A DNA stretch of 64,000 bases from Mucilaginibacter sp. (GCF_035492695.1 NZ_DATJJC010000026.1:12846-76845); one strand, 5' to 3'. Shown: positions 17,709-28,664, counted from the first letter of the stretch. Translations and numbers: made by a program. Notes: generated by a model from the letters alone, not told the origin.

Positions 17709-19865
17709 TTAATTATTGTTTTTATTCATCCACCCAATCACCGCCTTAATTTCGCCATAAGTATAGTTATCTCCCAGCACTTCCTTCAATGGCGCTAATC
17801 TTTCGTACCCATAGCTGTCAACGGCGTCCTTTATAGCAGGAATTTTGCTTTCATTCACAATCTCCGTAACCTCTATTTCGCCAGACTGGATAAAATAACC
17901 CAAATGGCTTTCAACCGTCATCGGCGATAAGCTGCGTTCGGCGGCAATTTCCATCACACTTTTACCTGCGCGAAATAAAGTAAAACTTGCCAGCCGTGTA
18001 TCCGAAGATCGTAATTTTCCGTTGTTCCGCGCTTTGGGGGCCTTCCGCTCCTTTTTAGCAGATTTTTGCGCCATGCGAGATGTCAGTTCATGCTTACCGC
18101 AATAATTTTTAACCGGTATCAAAAAATCGCGCCCGTATTTTGCCAGCTTCACATCGCCAAAACCTGATATTAAACGCAGTTCGTCCAGTGTTTGCGGCAG
18201 GTAAGTGGCCATTTCCTGCAAAGCGGCGTCCGAAAGGATAAGATAAGGCGGCACATTTTGATTGGCGGCAATGTCCCTGCGGATAAGTTTCAGCTCGCTC
18301 AGCAAGCCGGCTTCGTAAGGTATAATTTCGGGTTCGCGTTCTTCCGTAGTTTGTGTTGCTATCAGTTCAACCTTTTGCAGCCCTTTTAATACCGCGTCGC
18401 TTTTATCGGTCAGTTTTAAAACCGGGTATTCGTCGTCCGTAGTTTGCAAATATCCTAAGGTAACCAGCTCGCGGATGTAACGGAACCAGTCGGCGCGATG
18501 AATATCAGCGCCAACGCCATAGGTTTTTAGTTGTTTATGTTCCTCGCGTATCTTTTCCCGTTTCGATCCCCGCAAAAAATCGATCACGTAAGTATTGCCG
18601 AACCGTTCCTTCAATCTTGCTACCGCCGAAAGCGCTTTTTGGGCGATAAGCGTGCCGTCGAATTTCTCCACCTCGCTCAGGCACACATCACACGATCCGC
18701 AGTTATCCGGGAAATCCTCATCAAAATAGCGCATCAGGTATTGCCGGCGGCAAGTTTGCAGCTGGCTGTATTTCACCATATCGTCCAGCTTTTTCAGCAT
18801 AATGGCGCTTTGTTCCTCGTTGCCGTCAACTTTGGCAAAACCCTTCAGCTTCGTCGCATCACCATACGAATATAAAAGCAGCGTATCCGATGGAAGGCCA
18901 TCACGGCCGGCGCGCCCTGTTTCCTGGTAGTATCCCTCGATATTTTTAGGCAGATCGGCGTGCACCACATAGCGAACGTTCGATTTATTGATACCCATAC
19001 CAAAGGCAATGGTAGCCACAATTATCCTGACATCATCACGTAAAAATGCCTCCTGGTTGCGAGCCTTGTCGGCATGGTCCATACCGGCGTGGTAGGCCTC
19101 TGCGGCATAACCTTCAGCCTTCAGGTCGGTCGCCAGTGCCTCTGTAGATTTACGTGACAGGCAATAAATAATGCCCGAATCCTCTTTGCGGTTCTCCAAA
19201 AAATCCAGCAGCTGGTTAAAACTATCCTTTTTGGGCAGTACGCGATAGGTTATATTGGCCCGGTTGAATGAGGAAACAAATTCCGATGGGTTCTTCAGGT
19301 CTAATTTTTCAAGAATATCCTTGCGGGTAAGTTTATCCGCAGTAGCGGTAAGCGCCACAACCGGGATATTAGGAAAGTCGTTTTTCAAACCCGCCAGCAT
19401 CAGATACTCCGGCCGGAAATCGTGTCCCCAGTGCGATATACAATGCGCTTCGTCAATAGCTATCAAACAAACCGGCAGCGATCTCAAAAAATTGATGAGG
19501 TTACTGCCCGAACCAAACAAACGCTCCGGCGCCAGGTAAAGCAATTTGATCTCGCCTTTTTTCAGCTTTTCAGTTATCCGGGCCTGCTCATCCGGCGATT
19601 GTGATGAATTTAGAAAAGCAGCCGGTATACCATTCAGGTTCAGGCTGTCCACCTGGTCCTTCATCAGGGCGATGAGCGGAGAGATCACAATGGTCAAACC
19701 ATCCATCAGAACCGCCGGCAACTGGTAACACAGCGATTTACCGCCACCTGTAGGCATCAGCACCAAAACATCCTTGCCGGCCAGAATATTCCGGATAATA
19801 GCCTCCTGCTGGTGCCGGAATTCGCTGTATCCAAAATACTTTTGTAAGGCTTGTATTGGTGTCAT
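17709..19865 (-). CDS. recQ: ATP-dependent DNA helicase RecQ
   Basis: MPTGGGKSL, DEAH, QETGRAGRDG, Cys-rich RQC, HRDC and a C-terminal HTH; start at the ATG 19865. Confidence 0.96.
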   Translation of the reverse strand: MTPIQALQKYFGYSEFRHQQEAIIRNILAGKDVLVLMPTGGGKSLCYQLPAVLMDGLTIVISPLIALMKDQVDSLNLNGIPAAFLNSSQSPDEQARITEKLKKGEIKLLYLAPERLFGSGSNLINFLRSLPVCLIAIDEAHCISHWGHDFRPEYLMLAGLKNDFPNIPVVALTATADKLTRKDILEKLDLKNPSEFVSSFNRANITYRVLPKKDSFNQLLDFLENRKEDSGIIYCLSRKSTEALATDLKAEGYAAEAYHAGMDHADKARNQEAFLRDDVRIIVATIAFGMGINKSNVRYVVHADLPKNIEGYYQETGRAGRDGLPSDTLLLYSYGDATKLKGFAKVDGNEEQSAIMLKKLDDMVKYSQLQTCRRQYLMRYFDEDFPDNCGSCDVCLSEVEKFDGTLIAQKALSAVARLKERFGNTYVIDFLRGSKREKIREEHKQLKTYGVGADIHRADWFRYIRELVTLGYLQTTDDEYPVLKLTDKSDAVLKGLQKVELIATQTTEEREPEIIPYEAGLLSELKLIRRDIAANQNVPPYLILSDAALQEMATYLPQTLDELRLISGFGDVKLAKYGRDFLIPVKNYCGKHELTSRMAQKSAKKERKAPKARNNGKLRSSDTRLASFTLFRAGKSVMEIAAERSLSPMTVESHLGYFIQSGEIEVTEIVNESKIPAIKDAVDSYGYERLAPLKEVLGDNYTYGEIKAVIGWMNKNNN

Positions 19866-20058
19866 GCTGATACGTGAATGTGCAGATATGCAAATGTGCA
19901 GATTTTTGATTTGATGCAATAGTGAAATGCTTAAAATTTTAGCATTTTGTTATTTATTAGATTTGAAACCACCTCTGTAACTGCGGGATGCTATAGGGCA
20001 TGAAGACGGTGAGCCGTAGGCTCTACCTATTTGTAGAAAAAACGACGAATGAAATTTA

Positions 20059-20149
20059 TGCCTCGTAGAGGCTACCCATCCGCAAGATAGGTAACAAGCC
20101 TTTCCTTCCATGCCTTAAATGACGGCGAAGGGTAGCCTCTAACGAGGCA
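20059..20149. repeat. GTAG-type REP-like long inverted repeat
   Basis: TGCCTCGTAGAGGCTACCC (20059-20077) pairs with GGGTAGCCTCTAACGAGGCA (20130-20149) with one bulge. Confidence 0.7.
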
Positions 20150-20363
20150 ATAATCGTTTAATTTTCCGTTTGCTACAAACAGGTATACCCTATGGGTCAT
20201 ATTAAAATATAATACAGATATGTACTGAGAAAACAAAGATGCGATATGCATATCACGTAGAGCCCTTCTTTTCTTAGGAAGGAATCGTGCAAGGTCGGTT
20301 CGGTTTTAAAAACTTATTCATATATTCAAGCCACCTAGCAAGCACTTACTTATCTAATATGAT

Positions 20364-20720
20364 GTGAAGAAAATATTGCTTACCAGAATGGCCGTGTCAC
20401 AAGGTGATGATGCATTTGACAATAGATTGGAACTAGAAATAGATGAAGGTTGGGAATTACCGCAAATTATTGATAAGATTTTACGGCTAAATTACCTGCC
20501 AAAAATAAGCGGTGGAAAGGCTACATGGAGTGTTGCTTATGACCAACCATTAGGAGTGATTGCCCAACAATGGGAAAAGCCAAAATTGATTAGTAGCCGA
20601 TTTCCGTTTTCCATCAATGACAAGTACAAAGATTTCGATAGTTTACATTTTAATTATCATGCTCAAAAAGATCCTGATATTGTTTACGAAGTTTTGTCTC
20701 GTTTCAGAACAGTTTGTTAA
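20364..20720 (+). CDS. Hypothetical protein (AT-rich orphan)
   Basis: 118-aa ORF with globular composition in an AT-rich interval; GTG start. Confidence 0.6.
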   Translation: MKKILLTRMAVSQGDDAFDNRLELEIDEGWELPQIIDKILRLNYLPKISGGKATWSVAYDQPLGVIAQQWEKPKLISSRFPFSINDKYKDFDSLHFNYHAQKDPDIVYEVLSRFRTVC

Positions 20721-20798
20721 CCCTAATTAATAACAGATACTGCCTAATAGGCACATGTTGTGCTATTCAAAATTTTATTTTTAGCTTAGCTAATCACT

Positions 20799-23294
20799 AT
20801 GCTGAAAAAACTACGCTTATCATTTATTTTACTCCTATGTGCCGCGCCGGTTTTAGCGCAGCAGATGCAGTCGCCGTCCGAGTTTTTGGGCTATAAACTG
20901 GGTTCGCAATTTACCCCACACACCCGTATTGTAGATTATTTTAAATATGTGGCCGGCGTATCAAAAAACGTCAGGCTACAGCAATACGGTACCACTAACG
21001 AGCGCCGCCCGTTGATGGTCATGTTTATTGCATCGGACGAAAATATCAACCGATTACCCGAGATCAGGCAGCATAACCTATCACTGGCAGGTCAGGGCGA
21101 TAGTAATTCATCATTAAAAAACGCCCCGGTTATTGTATGGTTAAGCTACAACGTACATGGCAACGAACCCAGCTCGAGCGAGGCATCCATGCAGACGCTT
21201 TTTGAACTGGCCGATCCGGCTAATACCCGTACAAAACCGTGGCTGGCAAATACGGTAGTCGTTATCGACCCCTGCCTGAATCCTGACGGGCGCGAACGGT
21301 ACATTAATTTTTATTGCTCGGTAGCAGGAGTTACACCTGATGCCGACCCTGTTGCACGCGAACATAGCGAACCATGGCCGGGTGGCAGGATAAATCATTA
21401 TTATTACGACCTGAACCGCGACTGGGCCTGGCAAACGCAAAAAGAAACTAAAGCAAGGGTCGCCTTATTCAATCAATGGCTGCCCGAGGTCCATGTCGAT
21501 TTTCACGAACAGGGCTATAATTCCCCGTATTATTTTGCGCCGGCTGCCGAGCCGTTCCACCGCGACATTACCGCATGGCAAAAGGAGTTCCAGGTGATCA
21601 TAGGCAGGAATAACGCCAAATATTTCGATCAGCAAGGGTGGCTGTACTATACAAAAGAAGAATATGACTTGCTTTATCCATCTTACGGCGATACTTACCC
21701 CATCTATAACGGGTCCATCGGCATGACATACGAGCAGGGCGGAATAGGGGCCGGGCTGGCCATAGCCACGCGCAGCGGCGATACTTTAACGCTTGCAGAT
21801 CGTATCTCGCACCATCTTTCCAATAGCCTGAGCACTGTCGAAACCGTTTCGGCAAACGGTGCAAAAGCTTTGGAGGAGTTTAAGAAATATTTTGATAACA
21901 GCCGGGCCAACCCACCGGGCGACTATAAAACATACGTCATCAAAAACGACAACCAGGATAAGATCGGTATGCTGGGTGCTATGCTTTCCCGTAACGGCAT
22001 TAAATATTCCTTCGGCGTAAAAGAGAAAAGCAACGGCTATAACTACGTCACCGGGAAAACAGAGGATTTTGAAATAGGGGAAAAGGATATGGTAATAAGC
22101 GCCTACCAGCCCAAGGCTGTCCTGGTAAATGTACTGCTTGAACCTAAAACTTTTGTGGCCGATTCCAACACCTATGATATTACCGCCTGGGCGTTGCCCT
22201 ATGCCTATGGGCTGAAGGCTTACGGGATTAAAGAGGGGCTTAAAAATGACCTTGCCAAAGCAAGCAGTATGCAGGCAGTTAGGGCTGGCAATCCACATGC
22301 TTATGCCTACGTGTCTCCCTGGAGGTCGTGGTATGATGTTAAGTTTTTGGCCGGACTGCTGCGCAATAACATCAAAGTTCGTTATTCTGAAAAGCCATTC
22401 GAAGCGGCTGGTAAGAAATTTGCAGCAGGGTCATTGATTATTAGCAGGGCCGGCAATAGTGAGAATTTTGATGAAACAGTTCAAAAAGTCGCCGCTGACT
22501 GTAACCGCGAACTGACACCCCTGAGCTCGGGTTTTGCCGATAAAGGTGTCGACCTGGGTTCGCATGCGGTCAAATTTATCCGTGCACCGCGCGTGCTGCT
22601 TGTTTCCGGCGAGGGCGTTTCCGCAGAAGCGATGGGCGAGATATGGTTCTATTTTGAAAAGGAGATCAATTACCCGGTTACAATAGTAACATATAAAGAC
22701 CTGGACCGAATAAAATGGAACCAGTTTGATGTTGCTATATTTCCTGATGGTTATTACGAGGACCTGCCGGTCGACAAATTGCAAAGCTGGGTGCACGATG
22801 GCGGTAAATTGATAGCTATGCAAAATATCATTTCGCTTTTGACCGATAAAAAAGGTTTTTCCATTAAGGCCGTTAAGGACGATAAAAGCGATACGACAAA
22901 GGACCGGTCGGACCTGGTAAGATCCTACGCCGACCGTGATCATGAAGCCATACGCTCAAATGTACCGGGCGCTATCTACAAAGTGGATATGGACAATACC
23001 CATCCGCTTGGTTTTGGACTCGATAAATATTATTTCAGCCTTAAACTCGACGACGATCTGTACAAATATCTTGATGACGACGGATGGAACGTTGGTACCG
23101 TGGGCAAGAACGGATATGTCGAGGGTTTTGTGGGCCAAAAGGCTAAAGAAAAGATAAAAAACGGTCTGCTGTTCGGCGTGCAGAATTTGGGGCGTGGCTC
23201 GGTAGTCTATATGGTTGATGATCCGCTGTTCCGCAGCTTCTGGGAGAACGGCAAACTGCTTTTTGGCAACGCGGTGTTTATGGTAGGACAGTAA
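20799..23294 (+). CDS. Exported M14-family zinc carboxypeptidase
   Basis: Signal peptide; HGNE, DLNRD and DFHEQ motifs. Confidence 0.88.
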   Translation: MLKKLRLSFILLLCAAPVLAQQMQSPSEFLGYKLGSQFTPHTRIVDYFKYVAGVSKNVRLQQYGTTNERRPLMVMFIASDENINRLPEIRQHNLSLAGQGDSNSSLKNAPVIVWLSYNVHGNEPSSSEASMQTLFELADPANTRTKPWLANTVVVIDPCLNPDGRERYINFYCSVAGVTPDADPVAREHSEPWPGGRINHYYYDLNRDWAWQTQKETKARVALFNQWLPEVHVDFHEQGYNSPYYFAPAAEPFHRDITAWQKEFQVIIGRNNAKYFDQQGWLYYTKEEYDLLYPSYGDTYPIYNGSIGMTYEQGGIGAGLAIATRSGDTLTLADRISHHLSNSLSTVETVSANGAKALEEFKKYFDNSRANPPGDYKTYVIKNDNQDKIGMLGAMLSRNGIKYSFGVKEKSNGYNYVTGKTEDFEIGEKDMVISAYQPKAVLVNVLLEPKTFVADSNTYDITAWALPYAYGLKAYGIKEGLKNDLAKASSMQAVRAGNPHAYAYVSPWRSWYDVKFLAGLLRNNIKVRYSEKPFEAAGKKFAAGSLIISRAGNSENFDETVQKVAADCNRELTPLSSGFADKGVDLGSHAVKFIRAPRVLLVSGEGVSAEAMGEIWFYFEKEINYPVTIVTYKDLDRIKWNQFDVAIFPDGYYEDLPVDKLQSWVHDGGKLIAMQNIISLLTDKKGFSIKAVKDDKSDTTKDRSDLVRSYADRDHEAIRSNVPGAIYKVDMDNTHPLGFGLDKYYFSLKLDDDLYKYLDDDGWNVGTVGKNGYVEGFVGQKAKEKIKNGLLFGVQNLGRGSVVYMVDDPLFRSFWENGKLLFGNAVFMVGQ

Positions 23295-23363
23295 CTTAGT
23301 TGGCAGTTTGCAGCGGCCTCTATAAAACTGCCAACGGCAAACTGCCAACTAATAACTGCAAAC

Positions 23364-25817
23364 TTAATTCGCCCCTTTCACCCTGTTATTCAGGTCATCC
23401 GCGCCGGTTTCGTGCTTGCGCATTTTTATCTTGGTGCTTCCGAAATTGTAAGTAAATGTCAGTCTTGCGATGCGTGTTTCGCGTTTCTGCCTGATATCAA
23501 AGTCAACGCTCTGGTACTTACTGGTAACGTCGTTGCGGCGCATGTTAAATATATCGCTCACCGAGAATTTAAGGTTTGCCTTTTTGTTAAGGAACGAATG
23601 GCTCACCCCGGCATCTACGCTATATTGCGGTTTTACATAAAACAATGCATAGGTCAACGCTGATTGGTAATTGCCTGTCAGTTCAAACCTGTAGCCTTTT
23701 ATCGGGGTGAATGTTTCGTTGGCCCTTATTTGATAAGCTGTCTGGCCGCGGTCGAGGTTTGCACCTTCTAATCCATTCGATTTAAAGCCCAGGTAGAATA
23801 CCGTAACGTTCGCATTACCACTCCACCATTTGTTAATGGTATATGGTGCAAACAGGTTGGCGCTGTAATTTATCTGCGTTTGTAAGTTCTGGCTGGTCAC
23901 AAAACCGATCTTTGTTTTGGGGTCGGCCCCGGGTATCTCAGATATTACGTCCGTGGTACGGCTATAGCCCAGGCTTAAATTGATACTCTTATTATAGGTA
24001 TAGTTCAACTCGAAGTTGTTGGTATACTGCGGTTTCAAATAAGGGTTGCCTTTTTGATAGGTATATGGGTCCAGGTGATACACAAACGGGTTCAGGTTAT
24101 CATACTGCGGGCGGTCGATACGGCGGCTGTACGAAATACCGATCTCGTTCTTATCATTAATAGTATGATTAATAAACACACTTGGGAACAGGTTGAAGTA
24201 ATGCCTTGATACAACCTGGGTTACATTCAGCGAGTCGCCGGTTGCGTTTGAACTGGTGTACTCGCCGCGCAAGCCCAACTGCACAGATGTGTTTTTATAA
24301 TCCTTTGAGAAATTGATATAACCTGCATCTATCTTTTCATCGTAAATAAAATGGTTCACGCTAAGGTATTGCCCGCCCTCAACCACAGATTGCTGCAGAT
24401 CATTATCCGTTTTTACGTCACTCAGTTTCACACCTGTTTCAAATTTTACTGATTTGGTGATGGGCAGGGTATAGTCAGCCTTTGCGGTGTGGATATCGAT
24501 ATTCGATGGTGTCAGGTTTCCCAGAAATGCTGCGGGATGTTGCTGGCTACCATCGGCCAGGAAAAAGTTGGTCATATAATAGGCGTTCGAATTATTTTTG
24601 AATTTCGAATAGTCCAGGTCGATATTCAATTGCTGCCCGGCGGTATCCAGTTTCCAGGTATCATTCAGGTTAACAGCAATATTATGATAGCTCTGGTTGA
24701 AAACGGCTGCTGTCGTCAATGACGAATCCACCTGGCTAAAGTTCGGGCCAATATGCGTTGTGTTGGTATTGTTGTCCACTTCCGAATTGAAATAGCCGCT
24801 AACTACAAAGCCTACGGTGTTTTTGTCCGAGATATCGTAATCAGCCCCTACGCGGTAGCTGTTGTTATGATTGGTTTGGGGTAGTTCGCTGAATTGGTCA
24901 AAAAAGGTTTGTCCACCCACACTATCGGTAACAATACGTTTGATGCCGATATTCTGGTATCTTTTGTTATCGTTGTGGCTAAACGTACCAAACAGGTTTA
25001 ACCTGCCTTCTTTATGGTTCAATTGAAAGGTCTCGTTATCCTTGCCATTTTTTCCGTAACCAACGCCGGCAGTTATGCTGCCATTGGTGCCGGTTTGCCT
25101 GTTCTTTTTAAGCTTGATATTGATAATACCCGAATTTCCCGAAGCATCATATTTAGCCGACGGGTTCGAAATGATCTCGATCGATTGTATCGTATTGCCG
25201 TCTGTTGAACGCAATAAAGTAGCTAATTGGGCGGACGTGAGGTAGGTTAATTTATCGTTCAGCATTACGGTTACACCCTGTTTGCCTTTCAGGCTGATAT
25301 TATCGTCCTTATCCACACTCACACCGGGCGCCCGCTCCAATATATCCATTGCCGAATTGCCTGCTGCCAGCACACTACCGGCTACGTTCAAAACTACCCG
25401 GTCCGACTTCTGCTCAATCAGCGGCTTGCTGGCCACAATATTTACCGTACTTAAATTATGATCGTTCGGTTGCATAGCTATCTGTGGCACAGTGACGCTT
25501 TTTGATGCCTGACTAATGGTGAAGGGCTTGCTCGTGGCCTTGTCGTAACCAACGGTAGTGGCCTTTACCAGGTATTGCCCGTCTTTAATATGCTCAAACA
25601 CATAAACACCTGCGTCGTTGCTTATGGCTCCTTTTACAATTGTGGAGTCTTTTGCATTTAACAGGCTGGTGGTGGCAAACATCATTGGCTTTCCGTGCTC
25701 GTCGAGCAGCGTGCCTGATATGCGCCCGCCGGGTACGGAAGTTTGCGCCAAAGCGGCGCCCGATATTCCAAGAATAAAAAGGAAGGTGTAAAATATTTTG
25801 AGGATAGCTGGTTTCAT
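23364..25817 (-). CDS. TonB-dependent/outer-membrane beta-barrel protein with an N-terminal carboxypeptidase-regulatory-like domain
   Basis: Signal peptide; plug-like IEIISNPSAKYDASG; barrel strands ending in TFTYNFG. Confidence 0.85.
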   Translation of the reverse strand: MKPAILKIFYTFLFILGISGAALAQTSVPGGRISGTLLDEHGKPMMFATTSLLNAKDSTIVKGAISNDAGVYVFEHIKDGQYLVKATTVGYDKATSKPFTISQASKSVTVPQIAMQPNDHNLSTVNIVASKPLIEQKSDRVVLNVAGSVLAAGNSAMDILERAPGVSVDKDDNISLKGKQGVTVMLNDKLTYLTSAQLATLLRSTDGNTIQSIEIISNPSAKYDASGNSGIINIKLKKNRQTGTNGSITAGVGYGKNGKDNETFQLNHKEGRLNLFGTFSHNDNKRYQNIGIKRIVTDSVGGQTFFDQFSELPQTNHNNSYRVGADYDISDKNTVGFVVSGYFNSEVDNNTNTTHIGPNFSQVDSSLTTAAVFNQSYHNIAVNLNDTWKLDTAGQQLNIDLDYSKFKNNSNAYYMTNFFLADGSQQHPAAFLGNLTPSNIDIHTAKADYTLPITKSVKFETGVKLSDVKTDNDLQQSVVEGGQYLSVNHFIYDEKIDAGYINFSKDYKNTSVQLGLRGEYTSSNATGDSLNVTQVVSRHYFNLFPSVFINHTINDKNEIGISYSRRIDRPQYDNLNPFVYHLDPYTYQKGNPYLKPQYTNNFELNYTYNKSINLSLGYSRTTDVISEIPGADPKTKIGFVTSQNLQTQINYSANLFAPYTINKWWSGNANVTVFYLGFKSNGLEGANLDRGQTAYQIRANETFTPIKGYRFELTGNYQSALTYALFYVKPQYSVDAGVSHSFLNKKANLKFSVSDIFNMRRNDVTSKYQSVDFDIRQKRETRIARLTFTYNFGSTKIKMRKHETGADDLNNRVKGAN

Positions 25818-26193
25818 GTCTGTTGTGTGTTTAAAAATTTGGGCAATAAATGACCCATAGGGGGTTTTCCCTTATTTTTTGGTTTGTTAAATAAGTTGCC
25901 TGGTTTACCGGTTATTCAACCGTTGTTATGGATGAGTAACGGGTGTTATTTGTATCTGCTTTGTTCTTTCTCCATTTGTAGTTCTCGTACGTTTGGGCAA
26001 TAGTGCTCCCTTCAGAGTATTTCTCTCTTTTTTTAGTAAACCTTTAAAATGAGGCTTGCGGATATTGCCGCGGTTATTATTTTGTTATTTGTATTAAGAT
26101 GCAGTAACGGGTGGATTGGTTACAGCCATTTTTGCGTTTTTCGGCGAAAAGTGATATTTGCATACGCGAATGGCCTGTTTTTGTCGGTGAATG

Positions 26194-26496
26194 TCAATTA
26201 AAGTTTTTTAATGCCGGCGCCACACCGCTTATCACGTCTTTAAATAACGAAAATCCGCTTTCGTTTAGCCCGGTTTGCTCTTGTTTGTCTCCATCACCCT
26301 GATTTTTATTCAAATAAACATCAGTTCCTTCCTCCGGTAAATATTTTTTGACCAACGGCCCGCCGTCTTTGACCATTGGACGAACCTGGCCGGGTTTAGC
26401 AATACTGGCCGATCCTTTGTGTGTATAGTAAAAGAGAAGTATAAGTCCGCACAATAGCAGCAGGCTTATATAGGTCGATGGCATTTTCATGAGCAT
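26194..26496 (-). CDS. Small hypothetical protein with an N-terminal TM/signal segment
   Basis: YISLLLLCGLILLFYY hydrophobic stretch; same strand as its neighbours. Confidence 0.5.
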   Translation of the reverse strand: MLMKMPSTYISLLLLCGLILLFYYTHKGSASIAKPGQVRPMVKDGGPLVKKYLPEEGTDVYLNKNQGDGDKQEQTGLNESGFSLFKDVISGVAPALKNFN

Positions 26497-26517
26497 GCTT
26501 TTTTGGTATGAAGTAAA

Positions 26518-26554
26518 TCATGAGCTGCCTTATTCCATTACCGGCAGCTCATGA
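26518..26554 (-). terminator. Putative terminator after the PspC-domain gene
   Basis: 12-bp inverted repeat TCATGAGCTGCC / GGCAGCTCATGA followed by TTTACTT on the minus strand. Confidence 0.6.
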
Positions 26555-26565
26555 ATCTTTATATC

Positions 26566-28224
26566 TTATTTGATCTTCGAACTGTCAACCGGCAGGTGCT
26601 TTCTTATTATAGTGTCGGTTACCAGCGTATCTACTTTACATTGTATGCCGTTGTCAGTCATCACAAAGGTGGCGTCGGTTACTTTATCATAATCCTTTTT
26701 ATTGATCTCGTTGCAATCATGAATACTGAAGTTCGCAATCCTGTCCACATCGTGATCAATAACCACTTTGGCATTTTTAGGTAGCTTGAGCGTAAGATCG
26801 ATTTCTTCGTCGTGCCACAATTCGTCGTTTTTTCCATAAAAGCGCTGATCGAATTTGAGTATCGTATCTTTCTGGCTGAATATGTATTTGATGTTACGTG
26901 CATTATTAAAGGCGTCTTCGTAATAAGGCCCCCTTGCACGTGAGGATTTGATCAGCACCGGCTGGCCCGAATCGCTTGTCTCGATATTGAGCCTGATATT
27001 TCGGTGCGAGAAACTTTGAAAGTCATTATCGTCGTCATCGGCAACCTTCATATTCGGCGATAGGTTTTTGATGTTTAATCTTACGCTGTCTTCGGCCGAG
27101 AAATATTTAAGGTCGTTCAGCTTTATATAGTATACATTGTCTTTTGTTGGCTGAAGTGCTATAGTTTCGACAACGCTGGCATGGGACTGGAACTCCGAAG
27201 CAATGCCAACCGTATTATATACCAGCGCGCCCACGGCACAAAGCCATATGATCAATGCGGCCGTGCCACCTGAGCGGCTAATGCTTCCCACATTAAATAT
27301 GCTTTTAAGCACCAGCATCATAATACTGATAAGCGGAACTACTGCAACTATGTAGCCTGCAATAAATATATAGTCGGCATGATGGTGGCGTAATATCTGA
27401 TAGGGCAGCTCGTGAAACGGTCCGAAATAACCCACGCTCAGCAAAGCGATGAATGCAACAGTAAAGAAAACCAGGAACCCGGCGCAGGTTAATATAAGGG
27501 CAATTCCGATAAGTTTTAAAAGTACCTTGGCCGCTCCGTTAAAGAACGTACCGAGGTGATGCACAAAGTCGCCTGTAAAGTCGCGCGCCTTGTAAACAAA
27601 CGGCCGCGCCTCGTGGTGAAGGTTTGACAGGTTGTTGCGCATGCCGCCCAGTTCTTCTTCAAAATTCTTTTTAAAACCCTGAAGGTTCAGCTTTTCGCCC
27701 TTCATAGCCATACGGTCGGCGCGGGTAACCGCTTTGGGTATCACTATCCATAATATGATGTATAGTATAATGCCCGTACCGGCAAACAGGAACGAAAGGG
27801 CGAACGCCAGGCGTATCCACACCACGTCGACATCAAAATAATTGGCAATGCCTGCGGCTACGCCGCCCAACAGGTGGTCATCCGGGTCGCGGAACAACCT
27901 GCGCGAGCTGGTACTGTTATAATAGGTATCGCTGAAAGTGGGTTCTGTATCCATTTCAGATTTCTCAAAATCTTCAACTGTCCCCATCTGGCCGATAACC
28001 GAATTTACGTCCTGCTCCACAATAACCTGTTTGTTTTCGCCAGCAAGCAGTTCGTTAAACATTTCGGCAATGCGGTTTTCTATATCGGTAGTTATTTCCA
28101 GGCTGTCGGCCGAATTCATAAAATGACGTTTTACATCCGTCATGTAGTTTTTCAGTATTTCATAGGCATCTTCCTCGATGTGAAATACTATGCCGTTTAT
28201 ATTTATGATAATTGTTTTGTTCAT
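26566..28224 (-). CDS. PspC domain-containing membrane protein
   Basis: RRLFRDPDDHLLGGVAAGIANYFDVDVVWIRL is a PspC signature. Confidence 0.88.
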   Translation of the reverse strand: MNKTIIININGIVFHIEEDAYEILKNYMTDVKRHFMNSADSLEITTDIENRIAEMFNELLAGENKQVIVEQDVNSVIGQMGTVEDFEKSEMDTEPTFSDTYYNSTSSRRLFRDPDDHLLGGVAAGIANYFDVDVVWIRLAFALSFLFAGTGIILYIILWIVIPKAVTRADRMAMKGEKLNLQGFKKNFEEELGGMRNNLSNLHHEARPFVYKARDFTGDFVHHLGTFFNGAAKVLLKLIGIALILTCAGFLVFFTVAFIALLSVGYFGPFHELPYQILRHHHADYIFIAGYIVAVVPLISIMMLVLKSIFNVGSISRSGGTAALIIWLCAVGALVYNTVGIASEFQSHASVVETIALQPTKDNVYYIKLNDLKYFSAEDSVRLNIKNLSPNMKVADDDDNDFQSFSHRNIRLNIETSDSGQPVLIKSSRARGPYYEDAFNNARNIKYIFSQKDTILKFDQRFYGKNDELWHDEEIDLTLKLPKNAKVVIDHDVDRIANFSIHDCNEINKKDYDKVTDATFVMTDNGIQCKVDTLVTDTIIRKHLPVDSSKIK

Positions 28225-28276
28225 GATCTTTGTTTCTTAAATGTCATTGGGTCATTAGTAGTTAAGCGCATTGCTT

Positions 28277-28624
28277 TTACCTTTCTGTTTTCACCTTTCT
28301 CTCACCGATAGATGTTTGGACGGCAAATGCCAGTTCCTGCCAGGTTTTGTCCAATTGTTCCAAAACATTTTTGCCTTCGTCCGACAGGACGTAATATTTT
28401 CGCGGCGGCCCCGAGGTTGACTCGACCCAATTATAGCTGAGGAGTCCATTGTTCTTTAATCGGGTTAGTAAAGGATACAAAGTTCCCTCTACAACAAGCA
28501 ATTGGGCCTTCTTAAGTTCAGCAATGATATCTGAAGCATATATTTCGCCCTTTGCTATAATGGAAAGAATGCAATATTCCAAAACACCTTTCCTCATTTG
28601 CGTTTGTGTATTTTCGACAATCAT
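28277..28624 (-). CDS. PadR family transcriptional regulator
   Basis: QMRKGVLEYCIL, EGTLYPLLTRL and GPPRKYY. Confidence 0.92.
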   Translation of the reverse strand: MIVENTQTQMRKGVLEYCILSIIAKGEIYASDIIAELKKAQLLVVEGTLYPLLTRLKNNGLLSYNWVESTSGPPRKYYVLSDEGKNVLEQLDKTWQELAFAVQTSIGERKVKTER

Positions 28625-28628
28625 ATCA

Positions 28629-28664
28629 CAAAGATATATGTTTTAAATTGTATTATGCAATACA
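28629..28664 (-). promoter_or_regulatory. padR promoter (-7 element) and probable PadR operator
   Basis: TATCTTTG on the minus strand at 28629-28636; palindrome TGTATT-ATGC-AATACA at 28649-28664. Confidence 0.55.
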
